Assembly: GCF_001194135.2 (NCBI RefSeq)
Contig: NC_068991.1
Span: 6,042,173 to 6,106,172, forward strand
Length of the DNA stretch: 64,000 nt
Direction of reading: 5' to 3'
From: Octopus bimaculoides
Taxonomy: Eukaryota
Part shown: positions 13,171 through 25,799 of the stretch, in pieces
How positions within the stretch are numbered: the stretch's first letter is position 1
How the letters are laid out: each line of letters begins with the position of its first letter
Program-made: the position numbers and the translations under genes
Notes under the pieces: model-generated
The model's database searches: none
What the model was told of the DNA's origin: nothing
The model's input: only the letters and a program-made list of their open reading frames with translations

Positions 13171-15171
13171 GCATCTATATGTAATATATTATCTCAATAT
13201 TATTAACAGGACCCTGTTGTTAAGAATTTCATTTCACAACCACAGAATGTGGAGTTTGATCTCACTATGTGGCACCTTAGGCAAGTGTCTTCTATTTTAG
13301 CCTCAGGATAACCAATACCTTTGTAACTGAAATTTCATAGATGGAAACTGTGTCTTGCATAGATTTTTTAAGGAATCAATATTTCAAAGCCTAGGATTAT
13401 ACCACCATATAGCCTATCCGCTGTCTGAGAAATGAACCCCATGATGTGGAGTGGCTGTTGTAGCAAGTGTTGCTGGCCATTCTCTGTGGTAACACCTTTG
13501 CAATCATGTTTGTGTGGTGTGGCTAAATATGCCATTTGTCCTGTGGTGCACAACCCATATCTCCCCCACCCCCTAGCCCTTTTCTTTGTTTCCTAGATGA
13601 GGTAGTTATAGTTTTTTTCCCCCTTGATAATTTGACCTTTTATACTTTTAATGATTTTCTTTCTTTCTTTTCTTCCTGTAAAAATGCATTGTGAATAAGA
13701 TTAGTGATAAACTGTTATCACCAATTCATAGCAAAATTTGCAGACAAAGCCTCACTGTCCCTTGCAGCAAAGAAGAATGTCCTTACTTGGGCAGCGCAGC
13801 AAGAAAAGTCCTTTAAGAGGAGAAAAGAACTTGCACAATACTACTATTTTGACAATATCCCTCATTGAAATGTAAAACAGCTCTTATTGAATTTGTAGTA
13901 GCAGGAATGATGCCTCCAGATGGGAAGCCCATGACATATGTTAGTCATAAATTTGCTGGTACTCAGAGAAATTGGAACAATATCTCATAGATAGATATCA
14001 TCTGATTCATGCTGGCTGGCATGGATTAAGCATGAAGATGAAAAAGCTCAGTTAACATTAATTGTATAAATTAGCTCCTAAACATCCCTCGTCACATCTG
14101 CTAATCATGATCTCATTGAATGAGCCTCTTATCACTAACTTCTCCATCCTCTCTGGAGTCACTGTTTGATCATGTGATCCTCCATAGTGATGTTTCTAAC
14201 AAGTCAAAATCCACTACTACTACTACCACCACAGCTGCTGCTACTACTACCACCACCACAGCTGCTGCTACTACTACTACTACTACTACTACTCGGTTAT
14301 TTCCTGTTCCTCTCATGCTGTCAACACTACTAAATCGTGCTGTCCCTCACGACTACTTCATGCACAGCACAACACCACCACAGAACCACAAAAGAAATTT
14401 GGAAGCTACTAAGTTATAATATAAGACAACTTTCTCTGCTGGATTAATGTTATATTTTGTTTTTGTATTCTAAGTAGTTGCTTGTTTTGTTTTCTGTTCT
14501 GTTATTAATATGTAAACGTAACTAGTCAACATATGCACTCTGCGTCTGTCCACTCAAGTCGGTGATATAATCGTTTGCTAATGTCATTCTGTTGTTACAT
14601 GCCTTTTGCATGTTTGCATGTGGTTCAGGACTTATATTGAACCGGTACTCTCAGGAAGACTTACCAGTTCAGTAAAAGAAATAGTTTGGGTGACATTGGT
14701 GAATCATGACCCTCCAGTGTGTCTGCAGATTTCATTGTTGAACTTATGTTGATGTCATTGTGAACATGGTAAAGCTTTAAATGAAGCTAACATTAATCAC
14801 GGTAAAATAATTAGCCCCCCCCCCTCTCTATTTATTTATTTAAGGATTCCAATACTTTGAAATATATAGGGAGTATTTAACTGAAAGCTCTGCCTGTCTT
14901 GAACATAGGCTCAAAGCACAAATAACAAAGTTACATGTTTTTATTTTTAGCAGTTGTTTATGAGTATATCTAGTCAGTTCTACTTCATCAGACTGTATCA
15001 TTGTTTATGACCAAATCTTAGAAATCATCTGTCATTCCATCATCTTCATCCAATCCTCTTTTGATTGATAATTAGCTGAATTAGTATGTCTAAAGTATAA
15101 TCAAACAAATTTGTTTTCATCAAATTTAAAACCAAATAAAATTTTTATGTCTTTGCACATGCACGTTTTTA

Positions 15172-15335
15172 CATCATCATCATCATCATTTAATGTCTGT
15201 TGTCCATATTGTCATGGGCTGGACGCTTTGACCGGGCTGGCATGCTGGAAGGCTGCACTAGACTCCAGTCTGATTTGGCACGGTTTTCTGTGGATGGATG
15301 CCCTTGTTAATGCCAACCACCCCAAGTTTAATGGG
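15172..15335 (-). mobile_element. Family C repeat (diverged)
   Basis: (CAT)n tail and GGATGCCCTT...GCCAACCAC core. Confidence 0.7.
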
Positions 15336-15469
15336 TGCTTGGGTACTCTTTCTCCAACTGGAGTAGCCATGTATCTTTTCTTCTACAGCAAGCCACCTCC
15401 CTCAATACCATGTCCCCTCCTATCTAAGAAGTCATTGTCTTGCAAACTTGGTGGCTTCGCCAGTGCCTG

Positions 15470-15645
15470 TGCCACACAGAAAGTACTTATTACATTCTGT
15501 AAAGTGGTTGGGTTTAGGAAGGACATCCAGCCATAGAAACCATGTCAAAACTGATAGTGGGGCTTGTTGCAGTCCTCTGGCTTGCCTGCTCTTGTCAAAC
15601 CATCCAACCATTGCTGGCACGGAAAAGAGATGATGATGGTGATGA
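15470..15645 (+). mobile_element. Family C repeat, opposite orientation to 15172-15335
   Basis: GTGGTTGG...TTAGGAAGGACATCCAGC core and GATGATGATG tail. Confidence 0.7.
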
Positions 15646-15958
15646 CTTTATCAAACTTATTGCATTTTGGCAAAAATATAATTTCATAATGTCCAGTCTG
15701 TTCTGTTAAAATATCATCATTTTTGGCCATTGTATCATATAGCATTAACAAAATTTCAAATATATGAAATTATGGTGTCCTTAAAAAAGAAAAAAGAAAA
15801 AAAGCTGCTTTTGAATTTTTTACTTGTAAACTTTCTAAAATTTGCTTAAAATTACACCATTAATGAGTGTCCTTTTTTTTTTTAATTCTAATTATTTTAG
15901 TTTTCAGTTTGCTTCAAGCAATTAAAATATTTTTGTATTTTTATATTTTTTTTTATAG

Positions 15959-16098
15959 GAAGCAATATTTCTGAAATGCTGCTGGTTCGTGTATAGATGA
16001 GTTTAAAATAAAACGTGAATCCCTCTCCATTACTGCCTGTATCATCTTTAGGCATTGCTAGACCTGCTGGTGCTGCTGTTGGCTGGTACTGTCTCACC
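15959..16098 (+). other. 5' UTR part of the first coding exon, containing two short uORFs
   Basis: T-rich tract ending TTTTATAG at 15958 (acceptor). Sequence runs contiguously into the ATG at 16099. Confidence 0.6.
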
Positions 16099-16228
16099 AT
16101 GGATCCAAACCACTGGAGTAATTACAATCAGCCCTACAGCCGAATTAACCATAATAGTACCATGCCCTCAGCCCACAGTTCCATTAACCGTTATGAACTG
16201 CCACTTTTGGATCAAGGAATCGGAACAG
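16099..16228 (+). CDS. First coding exon of a large S/P/Q-rich nuclear-protein gene (MDPNHWSNYNQPYSRINHNSTMPSAHSSINRYELPLLDQGIGT-G)
   Basis: ATG lies in a strong Kozak context (CACCATGG) with in-frame stops upstream (15994-15996, 16009-16011). The donor ACAG|GTAAAA at 16228/16229 is phase 1, matching the acceptors at 34053 and 40474. Confidence 0.8.
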
Positions 16229-17215
16229 GTAAAAACATTTACTTCAAGAAATTTATAACTTTAAGCTGTAACACTCTTAATTATTTCTCAGTTTACATTC
16301 TGCAGATCAGCTTTTCTCATTTTTGCAACTCACAAGCATGTGTGCACTTTGTGCACATATTTCTCTCATTTTAGTTTCTTTAACATTTATAGACAATAAT
16401 TTCATCTCTCTCTCTTTCTCTTATGAAATCTGTATTTACAAAAATTATGCAAAAATTGTCCCCATTATTACTATCATTATTGTTAATATTTAGAATTTAA
16501 GTAGAGAATGCTAACAGTAAAATGTTAATGTTTAAAATGTATTTACTATAATTAGGACATTTTGTAGTTGTATTGTTTAGTATATTATTTAACTAATTTA
16601 AAGTGTCCCCATGGTTTTAAAATTTAGCATTAATGAATGTTTTTCAATTAGAATCTTAAAAGAAAATGGGTGGATTTTTCTGCCTTTAATTTTGTATTAT
16701 TCCGGTTTTGAAACAAACTTCATTTTCTGAACACAAATCAGATTTTTAAAAAATTCATTTTTTTTCTTTTCTCGTTTTTATTTTTAAATTGTATTTATTG
16801 TTCCCTGTGGCTTTTTAAAGAAAAGATAAAATAATTTGAACTTATTGCATCTCTACATTAAATATAGTTGGACTATGAAGTGGTCTAAATACCATGGTTT
16901 TAAATATTTGTTTCCTAAATATGTTCTAAAAGCAAATTATCTTGTTTTATTCTTCTGTAGAAATGCACTTCACATCAGCTGCATGTGAAAAATGCGCAGA
17001 ACTCTTTTCAAAAGACTTAGATATTCAAGGTTCTATAATTCTATAAAACTTATGTTAAAAGATTCTTCAGTGGCTTGGTAATGCTACAGAAAGTTTTCAT
17101 TGATACAATACAAACTAACATTTCTGTAAAAACAACAGAAAGTAACCAATAAGTTGATAAATAATTCAGTTTTCTAAATTCCTGATAATATTTAATTATT
17201 GTAAAGCTAAAGAAC

Positions 17216-17410
17216 AAGGTGAGCTGGCAGAATGGTTAGCACTCTGGACCAAATGTTTTGCGGCCTTTCTTCTGGCTTTACTTTCTGAGGTCAACTTAGC
17301 CTTTCATCTTTATGGGGTCAGTAAAATAAGTACCAGTTGTGGACTGGGGTCAGTTTAATCAACTAACCCCTTCTCCCAAAATTTCAGGCTTTGTACCTGT
17401 TGTAGAAAGA
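17216..17410 (+). mobile_element. tRNA-derived SINE, family B
   Basis: GGTGAGCTGGCAGAATGGTTAGCAC head, AATAAGTACCAG core. Confidence 0.8.
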
Positions 17411-17449
17411 ATTGTAAGTGAATAGAACTTAAATTCAAGAGAACAGAGG

Positions 17450-19230
17450 CAGGAATGTGCCTTGAGAGATATGATTTTTTTCTCAAAAATTACTAGGAAG
17501 AAGTTGATGCTATGGAAGTCAAGAATCACTGTAGAGCTAAGCCAAGAAACGAAAGCCATTATTAAAGTGGTTCCAAGAAATCATCTTATAAGAAGATAAA
17601 TATTAAGAAAGCGAAAATTAATTTGAACAAAAGCAATAGAGATTGCTGAGGAATGCTAATGGACAAAAGCAATGGAAGATATTAAGGAATTTGAAAAAAG
17701 TGAATAGGGAGTTCTAACATGCCATAAAAAAGATAGACAATTATTTGAAGAAAGAATGTAAAAGTGCAGGAGAAAATCAGCAGAAAAGAAGCATTTACCC
17801 CTAAATATAATAAGAAATTTCTAGAAAGTTAGAGGCCTAGAATCAGTTTTCTACAGGATAAAAATGGGCAACATATTGATGAAAGAAGTACTATTAAAAA
17901 AGCACGATAGTTTATATAGAAGAAGACTTGTAAGATACACAAACTCTGTATAGAATAGATTTGGTTAAAAAGAGATGATGAGTGATGGTTAGAAGAATAT
18001 TGAGCTTTATTTGATAACCAGTTGATCTTGGAAGCAGGGCCTCATATCAGTGAGGAGGGCCGGTGTGCATCAATGCCGTCGAGAGGTAGGCTCTGAAATG
18101 GCGCGCATTCTGTCCTGATGACCTCATACACTTACTGGCTTCCAGTATGCGGAGCCCTTGACTGGTAGCACTTGCATGTGCAGGTTGTTTGTAAAACATA
18201 TATACTAAAAGAGCTTGAGAAGTACCAAACATAATGGAAGCAGAACTAAGTTTGGCAGTTTTTGAAGTAGTGAAAGAAAAGAAGTACCATTGAACTGTAG
18301 GGAAACAGTTGATGAAGACACCTTTAAATTGCTTATAGAACAAAATTTGCAATTAGTTGAATAATTTATTAAGCCCTATGAAAGTGGCTGAAAGAAATGG
18401 GTGTACCTAAACATTATAGTCTTTCAAATATGAAACCTTTATTGAGAACAAGAAGTTACAGTAAGGACAAATATTGGGATGCCATATAATTTATGGTCAA
18501 GGAGTGAGACAAGTTTGCATATTTTCCTTGTACTTTTTAATGTGTATAGAGAAAAATATGTGGTAAGCAGGGTCAGGTGAGATAAGTGGGGGGGGGGGTG
18601 TAAAATAGCAGTCAACAATCTGAGATAAGCGGATGACACAACATCGTTGATAGAAGTGCAAAGGTGAATTGGAATTAAAAGAAGCAAAGAAAAAAATTTC
18701 AGATTTAAATTTAAAAGAATTTAAGATGGAAGTAGTGGCTCATTTATTTTTACTTGGATGCAAGATTGAAAGAAGTGGGGAATGTCTGACTGAAAGTGAA
18801 AGGACAATAGCCTCATGGGAAGGCTGCATTGATAGGACTAGAGAAGATTATCAAAGACAAAAGCACATCATAAATAACAGTGGGAAGACTGTCTGATGTC
18901 TCTGGATACGAATTAATAAGCAAGGTAGATGGAAAATTAATGCGTTTGAAATATGGTGCTGAAGACTACTGAGAATGTCATGGACAAAAAGAACAAACAG
19001 ATCAGTACCACTGAAAGTGAAGGAAGCAGTGATTGTCAAAGATTAAAATTCCTTGGTCATGTATGAATCAATGGTGGATGACATCAGAGAAGCATTATGT
19101 CAGAACTGAAGATTCAAAAGGAGAAAGACAATTGCACATGGGTGGATAGATGGGGGTGAAAGAAGTAAGGCAACATTCTTGAATCAGCTCAGAATGTTTA
19201 TGAGAAGGAGGTAGAATTAGAGATGGCAGT
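17450..19230 (+). mobile_element. RTE (BovB-like) LINE reverse-transcriptase remnant
   Basis: Translated fragments EQEVTVRT, GQGVRQVCIF, FNVY, NNLR*ADDTT (decayed YADD), FLLGCKI, INAFEIWC*RLLRMSWT, in the expected order. Confidence 0.85.
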
Positions 19231-20869
19231 TATTAGTGCTTGTTTTAACCAAAATATTGTAGTTACCAGCTTTAAATGTAAAGAGCAACAAGAAAACCAT
19301 TAAGCTGGTGCTTCAAAACAAAATTCTATTGTAATGTCTGCTCTGATTTGGTTACAAGACAAACTTCATTGGAAATGTATTACCAAAAATATCATCATTA
19401 ATTAAAATGTGTTATAAAATTTAAAAAACAACCAATTATGTATTAAAAAACAAAAAACAAATAGTTTGACATTGTTCCATCCATCTTAGCATTTAAATAT
19501 TTAATCATATTGGTTAAAATTTGCTGGAAAAAAACAAAAATTCCATTTGGTTTTATAAAAAGTGTAATAAGTTTTGAAGTTGACTTGGCTTTCATATCCA
19601 CAGGATTATCGAAATGTACCAATAAATTTTTTTTTAACCTGTTAAATTGAATTAGGTACACCTTACTTCTACAAAAATTGGTCTTGTGCTCTACATAAAA
19701 CATTTGATATTAGTTTAAACCAAACTATCTTTTATATTGCTTGGTTTTTAATTTTGCAACAGTCTATAAAAATTTAACTGTTTAAAAAAAATTATATAAG
19801 GTATGAAATAACTATAGAGTGTGATAGGCTGTGTTTTTCCAAATCACACCGTTGGGCTTCTTCTTATATAAATGACATAATGATTGGTTAATTAACTGAT
19901 AAAAAGATAAAATAATATTATGTATATTTTTTTCTTAAAAAACATATTCTAAAACAAGTCATCTTGTTTAATTCTTCTATAGATAAAATCAATTGTCTAT
20001 CAGTTTCATATAAGTTAAAACAGACAATTATAACTTGGATAAATCATTGTGCAATTTAGGCAGAAAATGTTTATCTTAGGCTCACCTATATGTGCAAGCT
20101 GGAGCACAGTGTTTTTGTGGAAGACTTGGTGCTTTCCGTGCATTTAAATTTGTGTCTGTCTGTGTGTGTCTCTCTCTCTCTCTCTCTGGAAAGGGTGGCA
20201 CTTCAGGGATGATATTATTTGTTATTGCAAGGGTTGCAAAGGGCCAGGACAGATATTGTTAGAATTTTTTTTGTCTGATGCTATAATAGTACTGCCAACC
20301 CACCAACTTGTTTTGACACTTATTTAATTGACCTTGAAATAAATGATCAACAGTAAATATGACTCCAGCAGGATTTCAACACAGCACAGAGTTGAAACAA
20401 ATACCACAAATCATTCTAGCCAATATTTTTCCCTCCCCCAACACCATCATTTAACGTCCATGGCTTGGGCCATTTGACAGGGTCCAGTGTGTCCAAGGAC
20501 AGTGTCACGCCTCAATGTTTACTCTGGCATGGCTTTTAAAGCTGGATATCCATCCTTACACCAACCACTTTACAGCAAGTACCGGTTGCTTTTCTCGTGG
20601 TACATGCACTATTGGGGCCTCTGTGCAGTTGGCAGGACTTGGAACTCTGGGGGGAGTGGTGGGGACAAGGGGACCACTATGAGGGATGAGAGACAGAGCA
20701 GGCACCTGTTGAGCGTACTCTACTGCATGGATACTCACATTGTGTGTGTGTGTAAAATAAAACAAAAGGAATAGAGGTGGTGCTGTTGCATTTATTTATT
20801 TATAATAGATGCAAGAGAGCCATTTTTATTTTCTTTGATTTGTTTTATTTTATATTCTGCAATGACTGC

Positions 20870-21045
20870 TCTATTCTGTAAATCAGTACATTACCTGGAT
20901 TTTCAATTTTTTTAAATACAATTCCTTGTAACATTTAATTAAAAATGCAATGGGATTTTTTGAAACATTGAATCGCTGCAGGGGCCTAGTAGAGTGAAAT
21001 AGGGACCAGAAGGGCCCATAAGTAAAAAATGGTTGAGGGCCACTG
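20870..21045 (-). mobile_element. Truncated hAT-type MITE copy
   Basis: Reverse-oriented internal similarity; ends AAAAAATGGTTGAGGGCCACTG. Confidence 0.55.
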
Positions 21046-24000
21046 GTTTAAAACATCAATTACCATTCAGTTCATTTAGAGATTGGGCAAAAATGAAGAA
21101 CAAACAAGATAACTTGTTTCAAATCAAATACACATTAATATTCAAAAATTATGTTTAGTACATTTAAAGTTTGTTACAAGTAACTACCGTCTTCCTTTCA
21201 TATTTTGAATTTAAAGTATATATCCCATCATGCTCTTGCCTTCAGTTTTCAAACCCTTTGAAAACCTAACCCTGACACGTTTTTTATTTTTAATATTAAA
21301 GCTTTTAGTTTTGTTAATCTTAACAAGTTAAAATTTTCTTTATAGCAATTGTCAGTTGTCATAGTAACTAAATAATAAAATATGAGTTTATATAGAGCTG
21401 GGTACTGGCTGAGCACTTTTATTCATTCTGGTAGCCAGTATTTTGTTTTCAATTATATTTTGGTTAGTTAGAGTAGGTATCATTATGAATTTTTGAAAAT
21501 ATTTAAATGTAATTTCTACTGTGCTTTTAAGAAACATTTTGATGCCTCATTTGTGAAATTTGAATAAATATTTTAGGAAATATGACAACTTGAATGGTCA
21601 GTGAAATGGTCAAGATTTTGCCTAACTTGCGTAAATGAATAAGTAGCTATATTTGTGATGTCATAACTTCGAAACTGAGGTGTTAATCAGTTTCAAATTA
21701 CACAAATTAATAGTGACCATGGTATAGTAAGTTGCTTAATTTTTTTTCAGTTTCTTGGAAAGAAAACTTTTTTTTTCCCCGACAATATTTGAAATATGTA
21801 AAACCTATTTTGTTACATGTAACAAATGGTTGGTTTTTGCAGTGTTTTCATTCCTAGCTAAATCTAAAACTACAAACCTTAGAAACTTGAGCTTTGGCAC
21901 CTTTGTAGTAAGTTTGGAGGTAAATAAATCATGAGATTTTGGGACATGGCAGCATTTCTATAAAATTTTAATTCGACCATTAAAAATGACTATAAATAGT
22001 GGAATTTCGGATCAGGATGCCCACATAAGTTGCATTTTCTTAGTTTTGACAGGGATTTTCCCCATTTTTTTCTCACCATGGCCTTGGAAATGAAGAGGGG
22101 GAAGCTTCTTATGAAAAAAAAAAAAAGATAATTAAATGAAATTACAGCTATTGCAAGCATTTCATATGCTTATATTGTGATCTGTTATCTGCAGGGGGCT
22201 CAGTTTTGATACACTGGTACAGGGTATAAAACTGAATCTTCTCCAAGTTTGGAGCTTTACAATAAATTTAATAAGTATCCTTGGAGAGTTCTGTGGAGGG
22301 GGTGATACACACACAATTTGACCACACAAAAACCCTTTTTTTTTGGTACATCATTTTCATGATAAAATACCAATTTTCTTTGGGAAATTATATATCATTT
22401 GAAAGTACTGGATGTGAACTTTGTTCTCATATAGTTTTAATCCAAATCTGACATTTACCCAAGATGTCAGGGTCCCTCAAACACCCTGGTGTTTCCACCC
22501 ATTCACAAAGTTTATCCCATATTTTTTTTTTTTTTTTGACTGCTGAATGCTAGCTCTCGATCTAGTTCAATGCTCTTGAGCACTATAGCTCAAGTTGTGT
22601 TAATAATCGTATATGCAGGTAGAGGATATTTTAATATTTATTTTTATATAAATCTTGGTGATAGGTCAAATAATCGTTACGAAATATAAAAGTGAAAATC
22701 ACATACTGCATTCACTAGTGAAAATGTAAACAGTGTGACAAAAATATCTGACTATATTTAAACCGTGGGAAAAAAGTTTTAAAAATCACATAGCCTACAA
22801 AATAATATTCATTGTACAATATAATTTTTATTGATGAAAATATAGACCAATATTTCTTTAAGAAATACAAAATTCGAAGAATATGCGCAAGGTAAAAATT
22901 CATTGGTCACTTAGTACAAAGTGATAGGGAATAAACAGTATTATCAATATGATGATTACATGCTAATTTTGGACTCTAGAGGCCCTATTTAACTCAATTT
23001 AGTGCGAATTCTTGTAGAAATATGTTTACTTAGCAATTAATTTGTTCATTTCTTGAAATTCTGGATCAAAATTGATATTTGAATCCTTGAATTCATCTTC
23101 CTCTTGCTAATTCTTGTCAAATATATGATATTTTAAATTAAAAATCTGAAGTTAGATAACTTTTGAAATTCAAAAACATCTTCAACAGAAGTAAATTTTT
23201 GGCATTCAAAATTGTTTCATTAGCAAATAAATATTTATGTCACACTAAATATTCTCATTCCTGTTTGTGGTTTAATGGTTGAATTTTGTTGGTTGTATTT
23301 GTGAGTTTACAAGACTCCTCAGTAGCTAAGTGCATTCAAAATACAATTCTGTCAGTAATTTTTAAACTGTTTGATTTAAATATTTTAAAGTAATGAATAC
23401 ATCATATCTCTGCTGTACATTAATTTCTTAATAAAACCTGTTCTAAGAACAATACTTTCTCTGTCAGGGAATTAGTAACAGCAAAAAACTTTTTCTTGGT
23501 TTTCCCTAAGCATTTGATATTGAAGTAATTCAGAATACTTTGTCAGATTCACTAAAGTAAAAATATAAATTTTAATCGTTAGATCACTGTAAACAACCAG
23601 TAATTGTAGTATTTGTTTGACAATTCTGAAGTTTTAAATTCATAAAAAGCTGGGTTAATGATGTCTATTTTAAGATTGTATTTCTACCTTGGCAAACAAA
23701 TGTTACTTCATTCTTAATACTGAGTAATTATCAGACTCTGTATTTAAGAAAAGTTTAATCTTAATTAAGGAATTTGGTTAAGAGGATGTCAAAGGTTTTG
23801 CTGATATGAATAATAATAATAATAATAATCTGGGTTTAGTTATAAAATGTTTTATGTGAGGTATACATGTCCATCACTTTTTCTTTATTTTTATATATTT
23901 TAAAGTAGTTTGTATAATGAAGTACTTCCTATTGTGGAAATATAACAAAGTTGAATGTATGAGCAAAATGCGGCCCCTTAACTTGTCTAGTGGGGCTGTA

Positions 24001-25393
24001 ACTGCAAATAACTAGTTCAGTCCTGTCCAACTGTTGCCCAACCTGGAAAGCACACATAAAATTCTGGTGATGATGCTCTTTCATCTCACTCATCTCCTCT
24101 CAAAATGTGTTTCTAAGGCTGCAGGTATTGTTAATTAAGCGTAATTGCATGTTGCACTTACTTACAAACAAATAAAGTAATATAGTAGAGCTAAAAAAAT
24201 TAATTAAAGTAATGTAGTAGAGCTAAATGACATGGTTTCATTCTTGTTCCCCCCCCCCTCAAATTCTTGGAAATGCTGAAGACTAAATACAGTATTTAGT
24301 TGCATCTCTTCTTGTTGTGAGTTTAACTTTGCCTATCATATTTCCTGTGCCTGTAAAATGAATAGCAAGGTCAATGAAAAACTGGCTACACACTCTCCTC
24401 CCAACTTTTGCTAGACTCTACAAGAATCTAAAATCAATAGTGGCTTTTTATTATTAAAAATATTAATGATGTATAAATTATTAATTTGTGCGCACATCTG
24501 TTTGTTAGTGTGTATGTATAGTTGTGTCGTCTGTCTGATTTGGTGTATACCTCTGACATATAACTGAAATACAGTTCACATATCCTCTCCTCCTTTAAAA
24601 TTCTCTGGAATTTTCTCCTAGTCACAAGTTTCTTGCAGTTGTCAATCAGATCCTCAGAAACTTAAATTGGTTATCATCTGTGTTTGCCTTGTTTGAGAAA
24701 CCCTACAATGGTCGGGGCTACTGTCCCTCTCACTTCTTTGTTTAATAAAAAAAATGTATGTGTGTAGATATAGATTAATAGATAACTAGATGCACATTTT
24801 CTAGTTATTTGAACAGCTCTTCCATTATTCATAGTTAAAAATCAAGCTAACTTAACCTTGAAATCGTTTCATTCTACCATTGTCTTCATGACTTTTTCAA
24901 TCTTAATATAATGCTGCAATGCTACAGACAAATCTTTCATAAGAAATCTATTAACATGGAAATTCTAAGTTTCTTTTTCATTGCTTTTATATAAAATTTC
25001 AAATTGCTTAAACAGAAATGTTTTCATAAATAAAAGTTATGAGGAATATAAAATGAAATAAAATGAAATAAAATTGAAAATACGTCAAAAACTAAACTTA
25101 AAATATAAAACTTAATTAAAATTCAGGTTTAAAAGAAAAAATCTTTATATTGTAATTTGAATTAATTTGAATTCTCCTGTTATTGAATTTTGGTTTATCT
25201 TTAAATCTTAATATTTTATTTTCTAAAGTCTTATAAATATGAAAAAAGATTTGAAGTGTTCATCTATGGCAAATATATTTATTGTGAGTGTTATACTTAT
25301 GTAACATAACAGTATTGACTAGATGATGGTGCAACTAATGAGTTAAGCATTTTGTCAGACTGGTTTCAGTCCCTACTTTGTGCAGTTTCTTAA

Positions 25394-25614
25394 CCCTTTA
25401 GCATTCCGATTACTCTGTCAAATGTAACATATAACATTCGCAATGATTTGAATTAATCATGCATTATCTTGTAGCTTTGAGATTTCTATGGTGTGGTCGC
25501 TTATGTTTTGAATGATATTGTTAGATAGATGTGGGAGGCCATATCTGGTTGGTTTGAACATAAAAACAAGTAGAAAAATTTGGGCTGGATATGTCTGGTT
25601 TAAATGCTAAAGGG
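25394..25614 (+). mobile_element. piggyBac-type MITE (complete copy)
   Basis: TTAA|CCCTTTAGCATT ... AATGCTAAAGGG|TTAA: terminal inverted repeats and TTAA target duplication. Confidence 0.85.
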
Positions 25615-25799
25615 TTAAGCACTTGGGTTGTTAATGTCATTGGATAAGGCCAGAATGTCAGAATTATTTTATTGTTGAACTCTGTAGGACACTTCAACCA
25701 TACTTAGGCATATAACAGGCTGAAATAAAAGCAAAAATACAGATATTTAGTGTTATATGAATACGAGATAAATGTAAATAAAAAAGTATAGGATGTGTG

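Noticed and set aside
14120-14419. Thr/Ala-rich mucin-like ORF
   Set aside because: Arises from compound (CTA)/(CAC)/(GCT) microsatellite; no splice support.
20648-20675. G-quadruplex-like G-runs (also about 9846)
   Set aside because: Short low-complexity tracts with no positional or conservation evidence.
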